Shown here piece by piece: positions 1 through 8,642 of a stretch of DNA of 64,000 nucleotides; the first letter of the stretch is position 1, and every line of letters starts with the position of its first letter. Below the pieces are notes generated by a model, which was given only the letters and a program-made list of their open reading frames with translations, was not told the DNA's origin and made no database searches. A program made the translations under genes and the position numbers. The stretch is from Escherichia phage teqsoen. The DNA lies in sequence record MN895436.1. One strand, written 5' to 3'.

Positions 1-188
1 AATTCGACCTGCTTCTCACCATAATCATATCGAATCTCTGCGTTAAATTCAACAGACCCATCTGCGTGCATCATAAATGAATGCACAACAACTTCTGTAG
101 ACCAGGGTTGCAATTCATATTTCTTCATTACATGCCGTGAAATGATAATATCTAAATCTTCATTTGGTTTAATCCAGCGATTTAACAT
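1..188 (-). CDS. hypothetical protein, 5' portion only (continues beyond window start)
   Basis: ATG at 188 preceded by GAGGAG; open to window edge. Confidence 0.4.
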   Translation of the reverse strand, partial: MLNRWIKPNEDLDIIISRHVMKKYELQPWSTEVVVHSFMMHADGSVEFNAEIRYDYGEKQVE

Positions 189-254
189 AGTGCTCTCCTC
201 TATAAGATAATTCTATTATACCATACTCATTTTGGAAAGTAAACCATTTAAATG

Positions 255-278
255 AAAAAAGGACTCCCGAAGGAGTCC
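255..278 (-). terminator. hairpin terminator downstream of soc
   Basis: GGACTCC-CGAA-GGAGTCC stem-loop followed by T-run on minus strand. Confidence 0.7.
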
Positions 279-284
279 TTGAAT

Positions 285-530
285 TTATTCACCAGTTACT
301 TTCCACAAATCTTCGTTTGCAGTAATCCATTCAGTACGTTGATTTTCTTCATATACTGTAGAATATGCTGCTTTTTCTGAAGGGAATATCTGGTAATGAG
401 CGCCAGAAATTTTATGAACGTCAGAATAAAGAGGGAAAGCTACAGAAATTTCCTTTCCTTCAATTTTCTTATTTCCATCTAATTTTTGCTCAAATGTTTT
501 AATATTAACATAACCGCGAGTACTAGCCAT
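285..530 (-). CDS. soc: small outer capsid protein Soc
   Basis: 81 aa; matches T4 Soc as I recall it (MASTRGYVNIKTFEQKLDGNKK...). Confidence 0.9.
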   Translation of the reverse strand: MASTRGYVNIKTFEQKLDGNKKIEGKEISVAFPLYSDVHKISGAHYQIFPSEKAAYSTVYEENQRTEWITANEDLWKVTGE

Positions 531-546
531 GTAATTCTCCTTTTAT

Positions 547-756
547 TTAAATTACATGACTATTTATAATAAATTCTCGCGGAACGTTAAAATACCCAAT
601 TTTAGTTAATATAACAACATCACCGTTAATAATTACCGGAGAATAATCTTCTGGAGCATTAAATTTCCAATGGGCTCTAATATTATATCCATCAGAACCA
701 AATGCTCGAGTAGCCGGTCTCCCGGCTTTTTGCCACGCGTAGAAATCAAATTTCAT
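547..756 (-). CDS. hypothetical protein (soc.1 position)
   Basis: 69-aa ORF tightly packed between soc and next ORF. Confidence 0.55.
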   Translation of the reverse strand: MKFDFYAWQKAGRPATRAFGSDGYNIRAHWKFNAPEDYSPVIINGDVVILTKIGYFNVPREFIINSHVI

Positions 757-947
757 TTTGAATGCTCTATAATTAATTTTAAAGCTTCTTCACTGACAAA
801 AATTTCGTCAGGACCTTCTATAACTTCAACCATACGAAGTTGATTAGTTAAGAGCTCACATACGAGCTCCTTGTTATAATCTTTAAATAGCTGGTCAATA
901 CGTTTCTTATGGGCTTTCTTAAGCTGACGCTTATTTAAACGAGCCAT
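753..947 (-). CDS. hypothetical protein (soc.2 position)
   Basis: 64-aa ORF, start overlaps stop of gene 56. Confidence 0.55.
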   Translation of the reverse strand: MARLNKRQLKKAHKKRIDQLFKDYNKELVCELLTNQLRMVEVIEGPDEIFVSEEALKLIIEHSK

Positions 948-1465
948 TAATAACCTCGGTCTTGACGAGCGAAGTTTTCAGCATTTTTCAGGTAATAAAG
1001 TTTAAAGATTTCTTCAGCTGACATTCCAAGAGCAATAAATTTATTCATGAAAAAATGAAATTGGTCAATAAGTTCAAATTTAATTTCAAGCTGATCTTCG
1101 GGAGATAAATCTTGAATTTTCTTGGATTGCATTTCAGAATAACGTTTCTTCCAAGGTTTCCATACAGCAGAAGCTTCTTTTTCGCCATTACTCATACCAC
1201 CGAGAGAAGTATATAGCTCGCGAGTTTCGTCTGCGATATAATCGTCTTGGTTTCGCAGCCAAGCAAGAACTTCTCCTGCAGTTTCAAGTGAATCAGGATG
1301 ACGATTTGTTTCTGGTTTATCATTAGCCAAACGAATCTGTAAATGCCGCTGCATGTCAAGCATAACCTGCAGTGGGTCAATATTGTGCATAATATTCTCA
1401 GCATATGCACGATTTGCTTTATCAACACCTTCGATCAAATGAGCGCATTCATTAAAGTAAGCCAT
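947..1465 (-). CDS. 56: dCTP/dUTP pyrophosphatase (gene 56)
   Basis: T4 gp56-like from MAYFNECAHLIEG; start set at internal ATG 1465, not the GTG at 1558 of the track. Confidence 0.85.
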   Translation of the reverse strand: MAYFNECAHLIEGVDKANRAYAENIMHNIDPLQVMLDMQRHLQIRLANDKPETNRHPDSLETAGEVLAWLRNQDDYIADETRELYTSLGGMSNGEKEASAVWKPWKKRYSEMQSKKIQDLSPEDQLEIKFELIDQFHFFMNKFIALGMSAEEIFKLYYLKNAENFARQDRGY

Positions 1466-1536
1466 TATTTTTCCTTTCAATTCATGGGTTAGTAGATTAA
1501 TTATACAATAAATATATAAAGCAATAAGGAGGACAT

Positions 1537-1737
1537 ATGGTACAAAAATTAATGGCACTTGTTAATGCCATAAAAGGTAATAAAAAACGTATAGCTTTTA
1601 CTATTTCTGCTATGGTAGGAATTTTACTCTGGAACTTTATTTTATCACCAATTGCAATTGCGCATGGTGTTAATATTCCAGTAGTTACTCTTGATACATT
1701 CGTAGATCTAGCATTTGCTTTAGTTGGGTTAATTTAA
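1537..1737 (+). CDS. small hydrophobic protein
   Basis: 66 aa, two hydrophobic segments, AAGGAGG 6 nt upstream of ATG; plus strand inside a minus-strand early region. Confidence 0.45.
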   Translation: MVQKLMALVNAIKGNKKRIAFTISAMVGILLWNFILSPIAIAHGVNIPVVTLDTFVDLAFALVGLI

Positions 1738-2762
1738 ATCTTGGCATATTTAGATAGCCGCATTTTAGCCATCAACCCCTGGGCAATATTATTTTTCATA
1801 TATTCCATAATTTGTTCAGGGGTTGCACCTTCCTTTCTAATCATATCATTGACATCTTTTGATTTCCAGGGAGATTTATCCCAAAACATAACCCTTTCTC
1901 CTGCATCAACTAATTTAGTCATTCGTTTGATAGTGTCAGGGTGACGAGGTTCATTATCTAAAACCCACACTCGTCTATCTTTAAATGGAACAACTTCTAG
2001 GTCTAATTGACCACCCGTAATAGCTATACCATTTTCAATAAAAAGTGAATCTATAGGTCCTTCTAGAACATATACATCACCATCTTTAACTCGTTCGACT
2101 CCATATATTTTTGTTGCCTCAGGATAAGCTTTAATGGTGATATACTTTTGTGGAGCATCTTTCTTTAATGCGCGTCCTTGAAAAGACTCAGCCTTTCCGT
2201 TAGCATTATAAATTGGAATAACAAGACGAGGCTCAGGTATTTCCTTTTTATATGTTCCCGGTACTATGCTATTAACTAATTTAGGCCATTCGGTTGTAAA
2301 CCAAAGATATTTCCATTTATCCTTTGGAATACAACGAGCTTTTACATATTTTATAATTGGATGGTCTTCCACCAGTTTATCTAATCTAACACATGACGGA
2401 AGAGATTTAATTATTTTCTTCTCAGGATGTTTGGGAAGTTCTTTAGGTTTTTCTACTGGACGACTTTTACCTTTTTCTTTTCTTATTTCAAAGATATACT
2501 CACGATATAAATCAGGTTCAAACTCCTTTAAATATATTCCGATTGGTGCATGATAGTTACAGTTATAACAATGAATATTTCCTTCATTATTATCACCATA
2601 ATACCATCCACGAGCTTTATTCTGGTCGGTTTTTGAATCTCCGCAAACAGGGCATCTAAACCGTAATTTAAAAGTTGAACTATTATTTACTTGTGTGAAT
2701 TTAGGTAAATGAGCTAATGCACGATACGCAAACTCATTATCAATCCAAGGTACTGATGACAT
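1734..2762 (-). CDS. 61: DNA primase (gene 61)
   Basis: 342 aa; Zn-ribbon CPVCGDS...CYNC; N-terminus matches T4 gp61. Confidence 0.93.
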   Translation of the reverse strand: MSSVPWIDNEFAYRALAHLPKFTQVNNSSTFKLRFRCPVCGDSKTDQNKARGWYYGDNNEGNIHCYNCNYHAPIGIYLKEFEPDLYREYIFEIRKEKGKSRPVEKPKELPKHPEKKIIKSLPSCVRLDKLVEDHPIIKYVKARCIPKDKWKYLWFTTEWPKLVNSIVPGTYKKEIPEPRLVIPIYNANGKAESFQGRALKKDAPQKYITIKAYPEATKIYGVERVKDGDVYVLEGPIDSLFIENGIAITGGQLDLEVVPFKDRRVWVLDNEPRHPDTIKRMTKLVDAGERVMFWDKSPWKSKDVNDMIRKEGATPEQIMEYMKNNIAQGLMAKMRLSKYAKI

Positions 2763-2928
2763 TTTTACTCTTCTTTTTCTTTAGATTCCTCTTTTTCTTT
2801 TTAGGAATCTGTTCAGGACCTTTATTTACTACAGCGCCCGACGTTGTTCCAGTAGAGATATTTTCAGGATTACCACCTGAATCTCCAGCTACCATATCTT
2901 CTTTAATAAATTCTTTATATGTTTTCAT
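2740..2928 (-). CDS. small basic protein with capsid-targeting-like N-terminus
   Basis: 62 aa; MKTYKEFIKE then Gly/Thr-rich segment and Lys-rich tail; ATG 4 nt after upstream stop. Confidence 0.5.
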   Translation of the reverse strand: MKTYKEFIKEDMVAGDSGGNPENISTGTTSGAVVNKGPEQIPKKKKRNLKKKKSKNVISTLD

Positions 2929-2974
2929 ATTAACCTCTATTCATAAAAGCATTAAAAATTTGGTCATCAATCGA
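2926..2974. repeat. 49-bp direct repeat copy 1 (gene 3' end + RBS + ATG)
   Basis: 47/49 identical to 3284-3332. Confidence 0.8.
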
Positions 2975-3286
2975 TGGAATAGCAACTTTTTCTGCATCAT
3001 TTAGCAAATCATTAATTTCATCGGATAGCATAACACATGTACCTTTATTTCCTGTAATTGTTACTGCGCAATTACGAACGTTTTCTTTATCAAATTTTAG
3101 GTTAATATTTTCGTAGTGAAAATCCTTTAATGCCGAATATATCTTTAAAATGAAATTGTCTTTTACTACAATAAACCCAACCTCACTATTAAAACGTGGT
3201 TCATGGAAACTGTAATAAACCTTTTCATCTATAAAATCGTATGAAATTTTTTCCATTTTTAAATATGAAAATTCAGAACTATACAT
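2930..3286 (-). CDS. hypothetical protein (61.1 position)
   Basis: 118 aa; C-terminus SIDDQIFNAFMNRG shared with upstream ORF. Confidence 0.6.
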   Translation of the reverse strand: MYSSEFSYLKMEKISYDFIDEKVYYSFHEPRFNSEVGFIVVKDNFILKIYSALKDFHYENINLKFDKENVRNCAVTITGNKGTCVMLSDEINDLLNDAEKVAIPSIDDQIFNAFMNRG

Positions 3287-3332
3287 ATTAACCTTTATTC
3301 ATAAAAGCATTAAAAATTTGGTCATCAATAGA
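3284..3332. repeat. 49-bp direct repeat copy 2
   Basis: 47/49 identical to 2926-2974. Confidence 0.8.
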
Positions 3333-3914
3333 AACATTTACTTTAGACTGTTTTTCTGATGGTAATTCATATCCACATATTACAATTTTGTGATCAATAT
3401 CAAAATACACAGAAGCAATATGATTAATGATGTTTTCAGTAAAGTCTAAATCAACATCAATATCTTTTTGACCACAGCCCAAAGGATAAATAATGCGAGT
3501 AATTCGATTATCTTTAACAAATATTCCACCGACATACTCTGTGCTGCGTTTAAAGTCTACATGCCGACGAAATGAAAAATATTCAGGCTCTCTATGAGCT
3601 CGGCTCATAGGACACAACGAGTAACTAGAATAAGAGATGTCAAATCCTACGCCTTCAATATGAGCCAAAGTGTCATGATTAAACCAATTATAATCGTACG
3701 CCAAATCCATTAGATTATAATATGTAAAAGGCACCGGATTAACATCATTAGTCACAAGCATGTAATTAGCAACTGCTATAATTTCATTGTTTTTAACGAA
3801 TACAAACCGTGATTGATGTGAATGACCTGGACCCACGTTTTCACGATTAATGATATAACACTGGGCACCTTTATATTTGTATGTATCTTTGCATTTGTGC
3901 ATTTGATAGAGCAT
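3288..3914 (-). CDS. hypothetical protein (61.2 position)
   Basis: 208 aa; C-terminus SIDDQIFNAFMNKG; stop/start coupled with sp. Confidence 0.6.
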   Translation of the reverse strand: MLYQMHKCKDTYKYKGAQCYIINRENVGPGHSHQSRFVFVKNNEIIAVANYMLVTNDVNPVPFTYYNLMDLAYDYNWFNHDTLAHIEGVGFDISYSSYSLCPMSRAHREPEYFSFRRHVDFKRSTEYVGGIFVKDNRITRIIYPLGCGQKDIDVDLDFTENIINHIASVYFDIDHKIVICGYELPSEKQSKVNVSIDDQIFNAFMNKG

Positions 3915-4207
3915 TATTCACCTACCACTTCAGCGATGATATTTTTGTTATTAAAGTTTTTATCGCAATACAGAACATAATTATACTGCATTACACCACC
4001 AGACTTAAGCTGTTTTTGCACTTCAGCTTTCATTTCAGGGCGATCGCGCTCAACGATATTCATAATATCTGCTTCAATTTGAGTTTCAACCTCAGTCTGA
4101 TCCGCAGTCATAGACCATTCGCACAAATCTTTATCATAACCTGCCATAGCAGGCTGAGCAGCACAAGAAGCTAAAGCAAAAATTGTGGCAAAGATAAATT
4201 TTTTCAT
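3914..4207 (-). CDS. sp: Spackle periplasmic protein (superinfection exclusion, inhibitor of gp5 lysozyme)
   Basis: 97 aa with signal peptide MKKFIFATIFALASCAAQPAMA; T4 Sp-like. Confidence 0.85.
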   Translation of the reverse strand: MKKFIFATIFALASCAAQPAMAGYDKDLCEWSMTADQTEVETQIEADIMNIVERDRPEMKAEVQKQLKSGGVMQYNYVLYCDKNFNNKNIIAEVVGE

Positions 4208-4235
4208 GATAATCTCCTCAGTAGTTTATGTTTAT

Positions 4236-4265
4236 ATAGTATCTCAATTTCCAACAAAAGTAAAC
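4236..4265 (-). promoter_or_regulatory. early promoter upstream of sp
   Basis: GTTTAC, 18-nt spacer, TACTAT on minus strand; GAGGAG RBS downstream. Confidence 0.6.
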
Positions 4266-4267
4266 AG

Positions 4268-4525
4268 TTATTTTAAAACTTCTGCGTAATCACATGTTAC
4301 AAACTGTTTCTCTAGCTTGACGATTTTACGAAAGTATCTTTTGCATTGGCGAATCTGCCGCTTCGTGGGGCGAACAGCAAACTTAATAAATTCCACTCGA
4401 CCAAATGGAGGACTTTCTTCTGCTGGAATATCTAGCACCAATTCCCACGTATCTGCAATAAGTGCTTTGAATTGCGTATTTTTCCTGACGTTATACGGTG
4501 TAGGTTTAAATAAAACAATATGCAT
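4268..4525 (-). CDS. hypothetical protein (61.4 position, next to dmd)
   Basis: 85 aa from ATG 4525 (GAGGA upstream), 1 nt after dmd stop; track ORF extends to 4567. Confidence 0.6.
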   Translation of the reverse strand: MHIVLFKPTPYNVRKNTQFKALIADTWELVLDIPAEESPPFGRVEFIKFAVRPTKRQIRQCKRYFRKIVKLEKQFVTCDYAEVLK

Positions 4526-4526
4526 A

Positions 4527-4709
4527 TTATCCTCGGCAATCCACTTCACATACTTTCTTGTCATCAATGAAAGCTTTAACTAATGCTTTATTAACTTCAG
4601 CATATTGAGTAGTAGCCCATTGAACGTCATCTTTCATCATTGTGGTTTCTTTAGTAAACATGCTTTCATTCTTAAACCACCCCATAAAAACTACCTTTAC
4701 CAATTCCAT
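4527..4709 (-). CDS. dmd: Dmd, antitoxin against host RnlA/LsoA
   Basis: 60 aa, matches T4 Dmd (MELVKVVFMGWFKNESMFTKE...). Confidence 0.88.
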   Translation of the reverse strand: MELVKVVFMGWFKNESMFTKETTMMKDDVQWATTQYAEVNKALVKAFIDDKKVCEVDCRG

Positions 4710-4737
4710 AACAATCTCCTATTTAACCAACAAGACT

Positions 4738-4767
4738 ACTATACCATAGTCTTGTCAGCTTGTAAAC
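4738..4767 (-). promoter_or_regulatory. early promoter upstream of dmd
   Basis: GTTTAC, 18 nt, TGgTATAGT on minus strand. Confidence 0.7.
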
Positions 4768-6194
4768 TAAAATTTTAATTCATTTGCCAAAGCATCTAAC
4801 TGAGCTCGAGTGGATTCATTTCTTTGATAGCGATTCTGCTCAGCCTGAATCTGTTGTGAACCTGCTACTTCACTCACTTCAGTTGGAGTAGAATCTTGTT
4901 CAATTTCTACCCATTTTTGATTTCCTTTTTGAACACCCATCAAAAACTTATTCCACTTATTCTTATCACCATATCGTGATTTGATTTGCTTAATGAGTTG
5001 CTGTTCAGCAGCTGCTAGCTCCTCGGTTTCAATGACCGCAAGCATAAAATCAGCGGTTGCTGGAAGACCAGCAGATTCTGCAATATCGCTCATGTTAACA
5101 TCGGAAGAGTCCCAAGCTTGTTTACCAACCTGTGCTGCAGTCCAAAGAACAGTTTCGGTTTCAACAGCCAGAGCACGCAATTCCTCTGCGATAGCTTTAA
5201 CAGTTGTGTAACTATTTTCTGAGTAAACTCTAATGCGGCAAGATTTACAAATACCTAGATAGTCGACAATAATGATTGTTGGAACAAAATTCTTCTTGAG
5301 CTTTAATTCATTTAAAAGTGATCGAAATGTATTAGCGTCTGCTCCACCAGTAGGATATTGCTTAACGATTAAACGACCAAGGGTAGATTTCTCACGCCAT
5401 TTTTCCATTTTTCCTTTATATTCAGCGTAAGAAATATGTCCATCATCAATGTCATCAAGAGAAACATCAAGCATGTTAGCGTCAATACGCTTAGCACAGA
5501 CTTCTTCTGCCATTTCCATGGAGATATAAAGAACGTTATGACCAAGCTGCAAATAATCTGCTGCTAATGAACAAAGTCCTAATGATTTACCAACGTTAAC
5601 GCCAGCCATTAAAACGTTCAGTGTTCCAGTTTCAGCTCCGCCTTTAGTAATTTTGTTTAGAATTCTGAGTTTAAATGGAACCTTACGAGCTTTATTCATA
5701 TAAGATAGCCAACGCGCTTCATAGTCATCCATCCAATCATGACCAACGTAGCTATCAAATGAAATTGATAATGCTTGGCGCATGATGTCAGGAATAGCAC
5801 CTACATCTGGCATTTTCTTATTTCGTTTTTCCGGAGGAAGCTCAGCATTAGTTTGAATTTCGATTATTTTAGATGTAGCATTAAACATCGCCCTTTGCTG
5901 AACATATTTTTCTGTTTCTTTTACTAACCAGCTGTGGTCTTCTGGAGAATCAGCCAGTTTTGAAATAAGTGTTTTTACACCAGAATATTCTGTTTCAGTA
6001 AATGAACTATTTTCTAATGCAACATTTAACGCATTAATAGATGGAACGCTATGATACTCATTAACATGAGATTTAATTAATTTGAATGTATTTTTAGCTG
6101 GACCACTTTCAAAATATTCTGAATCCATATATGGCCAAACTTTTGAAAAATAAGCTTGATCAAATATGAGATGAGAAAGAATAATTTCTACCAC
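4767..6194 (-). CDS. 41: replicative DNA helicase (gene 41)
   Basis: 475 aa; DnaB-family Walker A GVNVGKS; T4 gp41 length. Confidence 0.94.
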   Translation of the reverse strand: MVEIILSHLIFDQAYFSKVWPYMDSEYFESGPAKNTFKLIKSHVNEYHSVPSINALNVALENSSFTETEYSGVKTLISKLADSPEDHSWLVKETEKYVQQRAMFNATSKIIEIQTNAELPPEKRNKKMPDVGAIPDIMRQALSISFDSYVGHDWMDDYEARWLSYMNKARKVPFKLRILNKITKGGAETGTLNVLMAGVNVGKSLGLCSLAADYLQLGHNVLYISMEMAEEVCAKRIDANMLDVSLDDIDDGHISYAEYKGKMEKWREKSTLGRLIVKQYPTGGADANTFRSLLNELKLKKNFVPTIIIVDYLGICKSCRIRVYSENSYTTVKAIAEELRALAVETETVLWTAAQVGKQAWDSSDVNMSDIAESAGLPATADFMLAVIETEELAAAEQQLIKQIKSRYGDKNKWNKFLMGVQKGNQKWVEIEQDSTPTEVSEVAGSQQIQAEQNRYQRNESTRAQLDALANELKF

Positions 6195-6203
6195 ACTTAC
6201 TCC

Positions 6204-6560
6204 TTAAAAGAATTTAAATTTTTTCTTTGACCTTTTATTAAATGCATCTTGCAGTTGCATTGTAATACATTTTTCTACATGAGGAGCTAACTCAGCTTTT
6301 CTTTCTTGGTCAAGAACAGCAAAGTCCATTACGACTTTTCCATCAACCCAATCTAATTTTGTCACATACACAATGTGTGTAGAACCATCTTCTAGTTTAA
6401 TGACAATCTCCTGGATAACATTTTCCATGGCAGATTTAATTATCTTAAGAGATTCATTAAAAAGACGTTCTTTTCTTTCTTCTTCCCCCTCCGAAGAGGG
6501 GGATTCATCGATAATTTCTAAATCTAAATCATCTTTACTCATTAAATTCTTCCATATCAC
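6204..6560 (-). CDS. 40: gp40-like protein
   Basis: 118 aa acidic ORF between 41 and uvsX; overlaps uvsX start. Confidence 0.65.
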   Translation of the reverse strand: MIWKNLMSKDDLDLEIIDESPSSEGEEERKERLFNESLKIIKSAMENVIQEIVIKLEDGSTHIVYVTKLDWVDGKVVMDFAVLDQERKAELAPHVEKCITMQLQDAFNKRSKKKFKFF

Positions 6561-7716
6561 TTAACTGCTCGAGGTCAGTTTCTAAATCAGCAGCTGATTT
6601 ACTTTTACTTTCTGGAGATTTAAATTTTTCAACCTTTGAGTTAATCAATTCATCAACTTCAGCTTCAACAATTTCATTACTATCAATAGCACCTAACTGA
6701 TAAGCACGTTTAATAGCATCTCGGAATGGTTGATGCTTAAATAAAGGACCCCAGAATGTAGTGCAGTTGGTATCTTTTGCACGCCAAGATTTTTCTTCGC
6801 GAATCATCTCGCCGGTTTCTTCATCAAGAAATTCACGAGCATACCAGCCATTTTTAGGTTTTACCACGAATCCTAATTCTAGAGCCATATCTAACAATCC
6901 AGAATAAGGATCGATACCACCGTCAAATTTAACATCAATAAAGAATTTACTTTTTTCTTTAACGGTACGAGATTTTTCTACATTTAGAACAAATTGATAC
7001 CCCTGAAGATCAGAACCATCTTTAATCTGACGCTTACCGATAATGAATACAGTATCAGCCGAATACATTACGCCTGTACCACCTGTCATCACGGTTTTAC
7101 TAAACATTTCAATTGTTTCAATTGTATGGTTAACCGCAACACATGGAATATTTTTAATGCTAAAGTAAGGAGTAACAATACGGAATAATGACTTCAGTGA
7201 TTTAGCACGAGTCATATCTGCCACAGATTTTTCATTCAAGGCATCTTCAGTTTCTTTCTTAGAAGCCATATTACCGATTGAGTCGATGAATACAATAACT
7301 TTTTCACCACGCTCAATAGCTTCAAGCTGATTCACCATATCAATTTTCAGCTGTTCAACTGACTGGATTGGCGTATGAATTACTCGTTCCGGGTCAACTC
7401 CCATGGATCGCAAATAAGCTGGAGTAATACCAAATTCGCTATCATAGAATAGACAAACCGCGTCAGGATATTTGTTCAAATACGCCGCAACCATAGTCAA
7501 AGACATATTTGATTTAAAGTGTTTAGAAGGCCCTGCGAAAATAGTTAAACCAGACTGCATACCACCATCAATCGCACCAGAAATAGCAATATTAAGCATT
7601 GGGATTTTTGTACGGATTACATCCTTTTCATTAAAGAATTTAGATGTAGTCAGTTCAGCAGTCATTTTAGAAGTGGAAGCTTTAATCAAACGGGATTTTA
7701 AATCTGCAATAGACAT
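6535..7716 (-). CDS. uvsX: UvsX recombinase (RecA-like)
   Basis: 393 aa; MSIADLKSRLIKASTSK...; P-loop GPSKHFKS. Confidence 0.94.
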   Translation of the reverse strand: MSIADLKSRLIKASTSKMTAELTTSKFFNEKDVIRTKIPMLNIAISGAIDGGMQSGLTIFAGPSKHFKSNMSLTMVAAYLNKYPDAVCLFYDSEFGITPAYLRSMGVDPERVIHTPIQSVEQLKIDMVNQLEAIERGEKVIVFIDSIGNMASKKETEDALNEKSVADMTRAKSLKSLFRIVTPYFSIKNIPCVAVNHTIETIEMFSKTVMTGGTGVMYSADTVFIIGKRQIKDGSDLQGYQFVLNVEKSRTVKEKSKFFIDVKFDGGIDPYSGLLDMALELGFVVKPKNGWYAREFLDEETGEMIREEKSWRAKDTNCTTFWGPLFKHQPFRDAIKRAYQLGAIDSNEIVEAEVDELINSKVEKFKSPESKSKSAADLETDLEQLSDMEEFNE

Positions 7717-7793
7717 TCATTTTTTCCATAGGCATCATTATATTTTCCTCACTGGTTAAAGATAGAGTAATTATAACACAATAAATTTAGGCA

Positions 7794-8642
7794 TTAATCA
7801 ACTGCTATTGGATGAATAGCATTAAACTTATGAAATGCTTCTGATTTTTCTTTGCGCGAAACACACATGCGAAGAACCTTTAATGGCTCGTCTTCTTCAC
7901 CCAACGATTTTCGTTTTTCAATATTAGAAGTTTTCCAACGAGCTTGCTCTGGAAACTCTCTATTGATTTGCTCAAGCGCTCTATTATGTTTAGAATTACT
8001 ACGAATTGAACTGCACCCGCCAGGAGCTTGTGCTTTTCCAGATACAACCAGATATTTGAACAAGGCCAAATGCGGATAACCTTGATTAATTAAATTGAGA
8101 AATGCATACATATCTTCACATAAATCAATTTTTCCATACCCAATTTGTTCTGTCGTAAGTTTTCCGAGGTCATACCATGTATTCGTGAATCCATATGAAT
8201 TTTCACGATAATTACCCCAAGATGAAGTAATTTTAAAAATAGGTAGACGAGCATGACCGTGATAATACCCGCAATCCATAGCATCTTCAACGTATTGAAT
8301 CAATTCGTAGAATTGTTCACGGGTTAATTGATTGACTTTATCTACACAGCGACGATCATCTCTTTTTCGCATTGAGCTCATACGAATCGTAGTATCATCG
8401 TCAATCATCCAGATTCGTTGACCTGCATACATATCAGTAATTGCTTTACGAGTACCGGCAATTCCGTTTACATCATCAGGAATAGTTACAATTTTAGCTC
8501 TAGACCCATAGGCATCATAATAAGCTTTTTCTTCATGTTCACGCACTACAATATGGGGTTCATAATCAGTCGGAAACATATCAAGGGCAGAAACTGCCCC
8601 TACGCGTTGATAGCTTGGAATTACGAATTGAATCATTTCCAC
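7794..8642 (-). CDS. putative glycosyltransferase (DNA glucosyltransferase candidate)
   Basis: 282 aa with DxD-type motif WMIDDDTTI; occupies the position where T4 has beta-gt. Confidence 0.5.
   Translation of the reverse strand: MEMIQFVIPSYQRVGAVSALDMFPTDYEPHIVVREHEEKAYYDAYGSRAKIVTIPDDVNGIAGTRKAITDMYAGQRIWMIDDDTTIRMSSMRKRDDRRCVDKVNQLTREQFYELIQYVEDAMDCGYYHGHARLPIFKITSSWGNYRENSYGFTNTWYDLGKLTTEQIGYGKIDLCEDMYAFLNLINQGYPHLALFKYLVVSGKAQAPGGCSSIRSNSKHNRALEQINREFPEQARWKTSNIEKRKSLGEEDEPLKVLRMCVSRKEKSEAFHKFNAIHPIAVD

Noticed and set aside
1192-1428. 78-aa minus-strand ORF inside gene 56 in another frame, and similar nested ORFs at 8090-8290, 10616-10801, 11822-12013, 18144-18407, 20236-20457, 37271-37465, 46672-46887, 47335-47517
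   Set aside because: Nested out-of-frame in confidently assigned genes, hydrophobic low-complexity translations.
7737-7760. MotA-type middle promoter upstream of uvsX
   Set aside because: A TATAAT is present but the upstream box matches the MotA consensus at only 5 of 7 positions; not reported as a feature.
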